Assembly (NCBI GenBank): GCA_016867115.1
Contig: VGKG01000003.1
Span: 64,673-128,672 of the forward strand
Reading direction: 5' to 3'
Source of the DNA: Candidatus Omnitrophota bacterium
Lineage (GTDB): Bacteria > Omnitrophota > Gorgyraeia > Gygaellales > Profunditerraquicolaceae
Length of the DNA stretch: 64,000 nucleotides
Both the position numbers and the translations under genes were made by a program. The notes below the pieces were generated by a model, which was not told the origin of the DNA, did no database searches, and worked only from the letters and a program-made list of their open reading frames with translations. Shown piece by piece: positions 55,198 to 63,800 of this stretch (position 1 is the stretch's first letter; each line of letters starts with the position of its first letter).

Positions 55198-55809
55198 ATG
55201 CGTTATCCGAAACTAAGAGAATTAAAAGAGGCGATCAAGGCGCTCATCAAAGGGCCTTATACCAGCAAGTTCCCTTACCAGGCGCATGAGCCGTACGAGC
55301 GCTTCCGCGGCCGGCCTTATTTTCACGAGGAAGACTGCACAGGCTGCACTGCCTGCGCCGAGGTCTGCCCCACAACCGCTATTGAGGTGGAAGATAAGGT
55401 TTCAGGAGGCAAAGCAAAGAGGCGACTTACCGTCCACTGGGATATCTGTATCTGCTGCGGCCAGTGCGAGCTGAATTGCCTTACCGGCAAAGGCATCACC
55501 CTTTCCCGGGAGTTCGCCTACGCCACTACCGAAAGCAAGAGCGAACTCAAACAGGAGATAGACAAGGAGTTCGTCACCTGCGAATGCTGCGGCGAGCCGG
55601 TCGTCCCCTATGACCAGTATGCCTGGGTCGCAAAGCGCCTCGGGCCCCTTTGTTTCTCCAATTCCTCTCTCATGCTTTTCTACCTTAAGCTCTTGGGCCT
55701 GGCTTTTAGGAGTAAGCCTTCTACCCGCAAGAAGACAGAGGTCTTACGCCAGGACCGCATCGGAATCCTTTGCCCCCGCTGCCGCCGCGAAGCAGTTTTA
55801 AAATCATAA
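55198..55809 (+). CDS. NuoI-like 2x[4Fe-4S] ferredoxin subunit (MbhN-like)
   Basis: CTGCTACAEVCP and CICCGQCELNC motifs. Confidence 0.7.
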   Translation: MRYPKLRELKEAIKALIKGPYTSKFPYQAHEPYERFRGRPYFHEEDCTGCTACAEVCPTTAIEVEDKVSGGKAKRRLTVHWDICICCGQCELNCLTGKGITLSREFAYATTESKSELKQEIDKEFVTCECCGEPVVPYDQYAWVAKRLGPLCFSNSSLMLFYLKLLGLAFRSKPSTRKKTEVLRQDRIGILCPRCRREAVLKS

Positions 55810-55835
55810 AAATAAAAAGATTAGGGATTTTAAAT

Positions 55836-55911
55836 GATTACACAGATTTCTTTAGATTACACAGATTGAAAACTTTAATCTGTAGAATCTGTATTCATAA
55901 TCTGTGTAATC
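55836..55911 (+). repeat. Nested inverted-repeat structure built from the GATTACACAGATT motif (two direct copies plus three inverted or degenerate copies)
   Basis: Direct copies at 55836-55849 and 55854-55867; inverted copies AATCTGTAGAATC at 55877-55889 and AATCTGTGTAATC at 55899-55911, forming a perfect 13-bp inverted repeat with the direct copy. Confidence 0.75.
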
Positions 55912-55924
55912 AATTATTAATAAG

Positions 55925-57163
55925 ATGTTTTCCTCCCTCAAGGTCCGCGATTTCCGCCTCTACTGGTTCGGGATGCTTGTTTCGCTTGTCGGCACCTGGA
56001 TCCAGTCCGTAGCCCAGAGTTGGCTCGTCTTTCAATTGACCGGCTCAGCTTTTCTTCTGGGGGTGGTCGGTTTCTTAAGCTCGATTCCGATATTTGTTTT
56101 TTCGCTCTTTGGCGGCCTGCTGGCTGACCGCCTGAACAAGAGAAAGATCCTCCTTGCCACCCAGACCTCCTTTATGCTCCTTGCTTTTCTACTGGCCGCA
56201 CTTACCCAGCTGAAGCTGGTTACTCCGGCTCAGATCATGTTCATTGCATGTTTAAACGGTGCGGTCATGGCTTTTGACGCGCCCAGCCGCCAGGCAGTGG
56301 TAGTGGAGCTGGTAGGTAAAGAGCATCTTTTAAACGCCATTGCCTTAAACTCCGTGGCCTTCAACTCCAGCCGCATCATCGGCCCGGCCGTGGCCGGGAT
56401 CCTGGTGGCTACGATCGGCATGAGCGGCTGTTTCTACCTGAACGGCATAAGCTTCCTGGCGGTGATTCTGGCGCTCGCCGTGATCCGCACGCACAACCAC
56501 GTAAAAGCCAATAAGAAGGCAGGGCTGATCTTAGACCTGAAAGAGGGCTTTAGCTTCGTAAAAAAACATTACCTGATCCTGGTCTTGGTAGCCATGGTGG
56601 GGATGGTGAGTCTATTCGGCGTGGGCTACATCATCCTGATGCCGGTCTTTGCAGAGCAGGTCTTAAAAGCCGGGGTGAAGGGCTTAGGGGTATTGATGTC
56701 TGCTTCCGGCTTTGGCGCCCTGATCGGCGCATTGACCCTGGCGCGGCTGGGTGACTTTCGTTATAAGGGAAAGCTTCTTTTGGCATCCAGCCTCATTTAC
56801 TCGGTTTCCCTGATTCTTTTTTCACTCTCTCAGGCCTTTTTCTTTGCGTTGATAGCTCTATTCCTGATTGGCGCAGGCGGCGTCACTTCCATCGCCCTGA
56901 TCAATACCCTTTTACAGTCAGGAGTGCCGGATGAGTTCCGGGGCCGGGTAATGAGCATCTTTATGCTTACCTTTGCCGGTTTTATGCCCTTCGGCAATCT
57001 CTTTGCCGGCAGTCTCGCGCAGGTAATCGGGGTCTCCGCAACCATATTCTTAAGCGGGGTAATTTGCACCATTTTCTTCATTCTTATTAACCTGATTTAC
57101 CCCCAAATACGCAGCCTAAAGCAACAGATTGGACATTCATTCCAGGCTGAGACCCCCCTTTAA
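55925..57163 (+). CDS. MFS transporter (DHA/EntS-like)
   Basis: 12 TM helices; GGLLADR MFS motif A. Confidence 0.7.
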   Translation: MFSSLKVRDFRLYWFGMLVSLVGTWIQSVAQSWLVFQLTGSAFLLGVVGFLSSIPIFVFSLFGGLLADRLNKRKILLATQTSFMLLAFLLAALTQLKLVTPAQIMFIACLNGAVMAFDAPSRQAVVVELVGKEHLLNAIALNSVAFNSSRIIGPAVAGILVATIGMSGCFYLNGISFLAVILALAVIRTHNHVKANKKAGLILDLKEGFSFVKKHYLILVLVAMVGMVSLFGVGYIILMPVFAEQVLKAGVKGLGVLMSASGFGALIGALTLARLGDFRYKGKLLLASSLIYSVSLILFSLSQAFFFALIALFLIGAGGVTSIALINTLLQSGVPDEFRGRVMSIFMLTFAGFMPFGNLFAGSLAQVIGVSATIFLSGVICTIFFILINLIYPQIRSLKQQIGHSFQAETPL

Positions 57164-57410
57164 TCGGATTAATAATCTATTTGTAAAAGTATTTTATAAA
57201 CTACTAATAAAGCAATTTCGCTTAGATTGGACATTATAAACTTAAGCTCAGGATTACTCTGGCACTACCAAGCGCATTTGATTTTACGCTACAACTAAAA
57301 GAGGTATTTTTATTGTTATAAACCCATGATTTTAATAAAAAAATGATTTGATTGGACACCATTAAGTATTATAAAACTGTCCAAACTTTCTTTGAGGGGC
57401 AAAAAAACAT

Positions 57411-57440
57411 TTGACAAGAAGGTGCACTTGTGTTATAATC
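57411..57440 (+). promoter_or_regulatory. Near-consensus sigma70 promoter TTGACA-17-TGtTATAAT
   Basis: -35 at 57411-57416, extended -10 at 57431-57439; the track ORF start at 57411 is the -35 TTG itself. Confidence 0.65.
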
Positions 57441-57455
57441 GCTTCCCCTGGAGAA

Positions 57456-59159
57456 ATGCAGCATTCTGCACTAGGCCAGGAAAAAAGGAGGAGAGCCATT
57501 AACAAAGCCTTTAGAGAGACTATAACTTTGGTTTTGTCCATTGTGCTCCTGTTTTCATTTTGTCCAATTTGTTTTCCCGCCGAGCCGCAGGCCCAGGACT
57601 TCATCACTATTAAAAATAAGAGCCCCCAGGATATCTTCGATGACGCCAACTACCTTTACCAGCTGGGAGATTTTGAAGGCGCACTTGCCCTTTTTAACCG
57701 CGCCTATGACCAGGCAGATAATCCGGCATTAAAAAGAAAGGCCAAGCTCGGAGCCGAAGTCACCGCCCTATTACTTAAATCCGAAAGAGTCAGCCCCAAA
57801 GATGCGCAAAAGGTGATCAGGCGCGCAGGTAAGATCAAAGAGCGCCAGAAAAAAGAGCAGCTGGATGAGCTCTATAAAGACGCCTTTGGCTGTTATTTTA
57901 AAGAAGATTACGAAAAATCAGCTGAGATATTCCGCAAGATCCTTGAGCTTTACCCCGAAGAGGCAATGGCTAAGGATTATCTGCGGGTAAAGATCCCCCA
58001 AGAAGAGAAAAAAATTAAGGCCGCCTCTCTCTACCAGCAGGCCCTTTCTGATTTAGCAGATAATAACTACGATCAGGCAATAACGGGTTTTCAGAAGGCC
58101 CTTGCCCTTGATCCTGCCCATAAGGAGGCCAAAGACTACCTGGAGCAGAAGATTCCCGCGAAATTGGCGCAAGACAAAAGACAGAAGATAGACGTGCTTT
58201 ACCGCCAGGCGCTTTCGGATTTTGCGGATAAGAAGTACGATTCGGCGGCTGAGTCATTCAAGGAGATCCTGGTCCTTGAGCCCGGGGAAGCGCAGGCAGC
58301 GGATTATATAAAGGTAAAGATACCTGACCTGCTTAAGGCAGAAAAGATCGCCTCCCTTTATCCGCAGGCGCTGGAATATTTCAAGCAGGCAGATTACGAG
58401 AAGTCCCTGCAGGTCTTTAACGAGATCCTCTCCCTTGACCCCGGACAGAAGGAGGCTAAGGATTATGCTCAGGTAAAGATCCCGGCGATCCTGACCGAGC
58501 AGAAAGTAAAGGCCTTATACCTCCAGGCCAACGCCTATTACCAGATCAAGAGTTACGCCAAGGCAGAAGAGTTTTACCGGCAGATACTCGCCCTTGACCC
58601 CAAGCAGGAGAAGGCAAGAGGCTACGTAGAAAAGGAGATTCCTCAGAGGCTCAAAGAAATAGAGGATGCCAAGCGGCTTATGGTGCGCAAAGACGCAGAG
58701 AAGTTTGCGCTGGAAATGGAAAAGGCCAAAGCTAAGGAGCTGCGGGAAAGGCAGGAGCAGGATAGGCAAGCCCGCCGGGTAGAGCAAGAGAAGGAGTTGG
58801 CCGCCAGGAAAAAGAGCGCCCAGGTACAGGTAGCGGCTAAGGAAAAGAAGGTTATGAAGAAGCAAGAGAAGCCAAAGTCCGCAGAACAACCGGTGCTGGC
58901 GCCGCCAGCTCCGAAAAAAGAGCCTGTGCCGGAAAAGAAACAGGAAGTAGCCCTTAAGCGCGAACAGGCTTCACCCTCCAGGCTTGGCGTGCCGATGAAC
59001 TATCCCCGCGACGGAGTGGTGGGTTATATGTATGAAACGGCTTTTAAATATTACAAAGAAGGAGATTTAGAATTAGCCGGGGAGTATTTCCGCAAGATCC
59101 TCCTGACTGACCCCGGACAACAATTAGCCAAAAGATACCTGCAAGAAACCTTTAAGTAA
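57456..59159 (+). CDS. TPR-like repeat protein with N-terminal signal/anchor and C-terminal KE-rich coiled coil plus Pro-rich tail
   Basis: About 7 repeats of a 50-55 aa unit (...EAKDY..VKIP...LY.QAL...Y..A...F..IL.LDP...); start at ATG 57456 is uncertain because of the very short leader. Confidence 0.55.
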   Translation: MQHSALGQEKRRRAINKAFRETITLVLSIVLLFSFCPICFPAEPQAQDFITIKNKSPQDIFDDANYLYQLGDFEGALALFNRAYDQADNPALKRKAKLGAEVTALLLKSERVSPKDAQKVIRRAGKIKERQKKEQLDELYKDAFGCYFKEDYEKSAEIFRKILELYPEEAMAKDYLRVKIPQEEKKIKAASLYQQALSDLADNNYDQAITGFQKALALDPAHKEAKDYLEQKIPAKLAQDKRQKIDVLYRQALSDFADKKYDSAAESFKEILVLEPGEAQAADYIKVKIPDLLKAEKIASLYPQALEYFKQADYEKSLQVFNEILSLDPGQKEAKDYAQVKIPAILTEQKVKALYLQANAYYQIKSYAKAEEFYRQILALDPKQEKARGYVEKEIPQRLKEIEDAKRLMVRKDAEKFALEMEKAKAKELRERQEQDRQARRVEQEKELAARKKSAQVQVAAKEKKVMKKQEKPKSAEQPVLAPPAPKKEPVPEKKQEVALKREQASPSRLGVPMNYPRDGVVGYMYETAFKYYKEGDLELAGEYFRKILLTDPGQQLAKRYLQETFK

Positions 59160-59161
59160 CC

Positions 59162-60859
59162 ATGCTGAGAAACATTTGGCCGAAAACCGCTTACGTTTTC
59201 GTTTTTTTGTCTATAGGGGCAGGACTCTGTTTTGCCCAGGCGCCAGCTTCTACCAAGGCCGGGATCATCCAGGAGAAGATCCAGGGGGAGATGAAAAGAG
59301 AGGAGCCCTTTAGGGTAGAGGAGAAAAAACCCCTGCCCGGGGTGGAAGATGAGAGGCAGCCGCCGCCGGCCCTGAAAATGGAGCCTAAGGTGCGCGTGCT
59401 GATCAAGAAGTTTGCGCTCGTGGGGGTGACTAAGTTCAAGCCGGAGGATTTCACTGCCTACCTGGCGCAGTTTCGCGGCAAAGAGCTGGGGATGGATGAG
59501 CTAAATACAATCGCCGCTTACATCCAGGGCTTCTACCGCCAGAAAGGCTACATCACCACCTTTGTCTACATCGGGCCGCAGGACATCAAAGACAATACCC
59601 TTGAGATCCAGGTCATCGAGGGTTATATCGGCCAGGTGGAGGTAGAGGGCGGAAAATATTTCAGCCGCGAACGGGTACGCGAAGAGTCGCGTATCCGGCC
59701 GGGCGAGACGATCCTGTATAAGGACCTCATCCGCAATGTCAGGAGGCTTAACCTCCATCCTGACCGCCGAGTAAAGGCGGTGCTGATCAGGGGAGAGAAG
59801 TTTGAAACTACGGATGTAGTCCTTAAGATGACGGATTCGCGGCCGCAGCATGCCTTTATCGAATATGACAACCGCGGCACCAGGTATATAGGTAAGCAGC
59901 GTTTTTCAACCGGCTACATCAATAATAACCTTTTAGGCATTGAGGATATCCTTTCTTTAAGGTTTCTTAAGGGCAATGAAAAGCTGATCGGCGGAAGCTT
60001 CGACTACAATTTCCCCCTCACTTACGATGAGTTGCGGCTGGGGATGAACTTTAGTTACTCCAATGTGGATATCTTAAGGGAGTTTGGCGCCCTGGGCGCT
60101 GAGGGGAATGCCCTGATCGGCGGGGTGTATGCGACTTATCCGTTTTTTGATGAGGAGCATCTGCGCGCCAGGTGGACCATAGGCCTGGACATCAAGAGGA
60201 GCGAGAACCGGATCCTCGATACTAAGACCAGCGAAGATAACCTGAGCGTCGCCAAGATGAATGTGAGCTTAAGCCAGGATGACCGCTTTGGTTCCACATT
60301 CCTGGCCCAGGAGCTGGATTTCGGGATCCCGGATTTTGCCGGCTCTTTAGGCAAGGATGATACGCGCGCCAGCCGCCTGGGCGCCGGAGGGCAATTCAGC
60401 AAGTATACGATGAACCTGAGGCGTCAGATCAACCTGCCCTTTTCAAGCTACCTGCTTTTGATCTCCCGGGGCCAGTATACGCCGGATAAACTGGTGGCCG
60501 GAGAGCAGTTTTACATCGGAGGCGCGGATACGGTCAGGGGCTATCCTGAACTGGAGTACATGGGCGATTACGGCTACAACGTAAACGTGGAGCTGCGCAC
60601 CCCGCTCTGGTTCCTGCCCAAGTCGATTCAGGATAAGATCCAGATGGTCTATTTCTGGGACTTCGGCGAGGGGTATCTGCGTAATGCCCTGGTCGGGGAG
60701 AAGAAATCCGAATCCCTGATGGGTACCGGCTGGGGAGTGAGGCTTAATCTGCATAAGAACTTTTACCTGAAGGCTGATTGGGGCTTTCCTATAGACCCCA
60801 AGCCTTCGGATAATTCCAAGAGCACGGCGCATTTGTGGGCGCACTGGGACTTATTCTAA
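59162..60859 (+). CDS. TpsB (ShlB/FhaC family) two-partner-secretion outer-membrane transporter
   Basis: Signal peptide, POTRA domain, beta-barrel, C-terminal WAHWDLF. Confidence 0.8.
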   Translation: MLRNIWPKTAYVFVFLSIGAGLCFAQAPASTKAGIIQEKIQGEMKREEPFRVEEKKPLPGVEDERQPPPALKMEPKVRVLIKKFALVGVTKFKPEDFTAYLAQFRGKELGMDELNTIAAYIQGFYRQKGYITTFVYIGPQDIKDNTLEIQVIEGYIGQVEVEGGKYFSRERVREESRIRPGETILYKDLIRNVRRLNLHPDRRVKAVLIRGEKFETTDVVLKMTDSRPQHAFIEYDNRGTRYIGKQRFSTGYINNNLLGIEDILSLRFLKGNEKLIGGSFDYNFPLTYDELRLGMNFSYSNVDILREFGALGAEGNALIGGVYATYPFFDEEHLRARWTIGLDIKRSENRILDTKTSEDNLSVAKMNVSLSQDDRFGSTFLAQELDFGIPDFAGSLGKDDTRASRLGAGGQFSKYTMNLRRQINLPFSSYLLLISRGQYTPDKLVAGEQFYIGGADTVRGYPELEYMGDYGYNVNVELRTPLWFLPKSIQDKIQMVYFWDFGEGYLRNALVGEKKSESLMGTGWGVRLNLHKNFYLKADWGFPIDPKPSDNSKSTAHLWAHWDLF

Positions 60860-60875
60860 AAAACGGAAAGATAAA

Positions 60876-63800
60876 ATGAAGAAAAATGCCTTTTTAAACT
60901 CTTTATTAGTACTGTTGATGGTCTTTCAGAACAGTTATCTTCTGGCTGATCCGCTTCCCAGTAACCCTGTTGACCGCATTGGTTCATCTACCGTGACCAG
61001 AGACGGCAATACCATGAATGTCACTACGCCAGACGGCCGCTGGTGGGGGGACTTGAACTCGTTTAATATTGCCCAGGGCTACACTTTGAACAGTATGGGG
61101 CCTTCGGCTGATGCGGTGATGCTCTACAATGTTACCGGGCCCTCGGGGTCGAATATTTCCGGCCTATGGAACAGCAACTGTAACCAGTTCCTGATCAATC
61201 CTAACGGCATATTATTCTCGTCCACCGCCCAGGTGAATGTAGGCGGGTTAGTCGCCTCTACTTTAAGCATCTCGCAGGATGATTTCTTAAGCGGAAAGTA
61301 TTATTTTGAAAATAGCAAAGCCAGCCCTTCTTACCTGATCAACGAGGGCATGATCAGGGCCAGTGACGGCGGCAATGTCGCTCTGATCGCCGGGGCAGTG
61401 AGAAATAGCGGTACGATCACTACGCGTTTAGGCAGCATAAACTTGGTCTCCGGGGATAAAGTCACCCTGGACCTGGATAGCCGGGGGTATCTGGCTGCCG
61501 CAGTTGATGATCAGGTCAAAGAAGAGGTCCTGGACCAGAACGGCGAGAAGATGTCGGATGCCGTAAAAAATAGCGGCATCCTTTCTGCCGAAGGCGGCAA
61601 GGTAGAGCTCAAAGCCGAAGCCCTGGAGGGTATCTTTGATAACCTGGTGAATCAGGAAGGTACAGTCAGGGCGAATTCCCTGGTTGAGCATGACGGCGTG
61701 GTGAGCCTGGTTTCAGAAAGTGACGGGATCATCCAGAACTCCGGCACTATCGATGTTTCGGCAACAGAGACAGGAGCTAGTGGCGGAAGTATTGCCATGC
61801 GCGGGGATAAGGTCGGCCAGTTCGGCATCCTGCATGCGGATGCCGTAGACGGCGATGGCGGAAACATCGATCTGATTGCCCGGACTATAGTCGCCTTAAG
61901 CCCCTTTAGCCTGGCTACTGCCAATGCCGGCTTAAATGGCGACGGAGGCAGGATCATCAATTATTCGCCGGATACTGCGCTTTTCTGGGAAGGCGCCAGG
62001 ATAGAGGCAAAGGGCGGCACTCTCTCTGGTAACGGCGGTTTTGTTGAGGTATCCGGTAAAGAGCATGTGGAGGTCTACGGCTTGGTGGATACCAGCGCGC
62101 CTTCCGGCCTGACCGGGAACTTCCTTATTGATCCTTATAATGTAGAAATAAGATCGATCGGAAATGATAACAACGGAAGCTGGGGCGGCGGGAACCCCAA
62201 TATTTGGACCCCCAGCGGCACTCCTTCTCAGATACGGAATAATAATATCACCTCCAATTTGGCGACTTCCAATGTCACAATTACGACTACCGGCGCAGGC
62301 CTTGAAGACGGCGATATCACTGTCAGCGGCGCTATCAATGTGGATGGCGGTAACGGCAATACTTTGACTTTACAGGCGCATGATGACATCATCGTGAATG
62401 CGGCAATCTCAGATTCTGCTCCCGGGAGTGTCGATGTGGTGGGCGTGACCTTGATCGCAAACAGCGATGCCTCAGGCGGCGGCAGCGTAGACATAAATGC
62501 AAACATCAGCACCTACGGGGGTACTTTTGCTTCAAGCGGGGTAAACTTTGACAGCACCGGAGCCACAATCGATACCAGCGGCGGCACTGCCAACCTTAAT
62601 CATACCGGAACAGCTACGCTGGGCGCAGTGAATAGCGGTACCTTGAGCGTCACGGCAGGCGGCGCAATAACCGATTCCGGGGCCCTCACCGTTACCGGCT
62701 CAACTACCCTTGCTGCCGGAGCAGGCAATAATATTACTTTAGATAACGCCAATAACTTTAACAGCGTCGGGATCACCTCCGGAAATAACGTCACCCTGAA
62801 TGACATTAATGCCATTGCCTTAAATGCCTCCACTGTCTCCGGCACCCTGAATGTCACCAGCGTAGGAGCGATCACCGATAACGGAATCCTTACTGTCAGC
62901 GGCACCACCACCCTGGCTGCCGGTGCGGCTAATAACATCACCCTGGATAATAATAACAACTTCTCAAGCGTCGGGATCACCTCTGGCAATAATGTCACTC
63001 TGGTAGACATTAATGCCATTGGCCTGGATGCCTCAAGCGTTTCCGGCACCCTGAATGTCACCTCAAGCGGCGCGATCACCGATAACGCTGCGCTCACCGT
63101 GGCGGGGGCCACTACCCTGGCTGCAGGTGCGGCTAACAACATTACCTTAGATAACGCCAATGACTTCTCAAGTGTGGGAATTACCTCAGGCAATAACGTC
63201 ACCTTAAACGATACTAATGCCATTGCCTTGGATGCTTCTACTATTTCAGGAGCCCTGAATGTCACTACCAACGGCACCATTACTGATAACGGGGCCCTTA
63301 CTGTCACCGGCGCTACCACTCTGGCTGCCGGAGCAGGCAATGACATTACCCTGGATAATGCCAATAACTTTAACAGCGTAGGTATTACTAGCGGTAACAA
63401 CGTTACCTTAAATGACACCAATGCCTTAAGCCTCAATGCCTCTACCGTCTCAGGTACCCTGGATGTCACCACTGCCGGCGCAATCACTGATAATGCTGCC
63501 ATCAATGTAACCGGCACTGCCACCTTTGCTGCGGGCAGCGGAAATAATATTACCTTAAATAACAGTAATGATTTTTCTACAGTAGGGATCACTACCGGCA
63601 ATAACGTTACCCTGGTAGATGCTAATGCCATAGATTTGGCTGCTTCCACTGTCTCAGGCACCCTGAATGTCACCTCAAACGGCGTAATTACAGATAGCGG
63701 TGCACTTACCGTTACCGGCGCCACTACCCTGGCTGCCGGAGCAGGCAATGACATTACCTTAAATACCGCAGGCAATAATTTCTCAAGCGTAGGCATTACT

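Noticed and set aside
54790-55911. CRISPR array
   Set aside because: It has only 2 to 4 short copies with irregular spacing and inverted copies, and there are no cas genes. It was classified as a repeat or regulatory motif instead.
57411-57455. ORF-track start of the TPR protein at 57411 (MTRRCTCVII...)
   Set aside because: The initiating TTG is the -35 hexamer of a consensus promoter, so the first 15 codons would precede the transcription start. The start was moved to ATG 57456, which is still uncertain.
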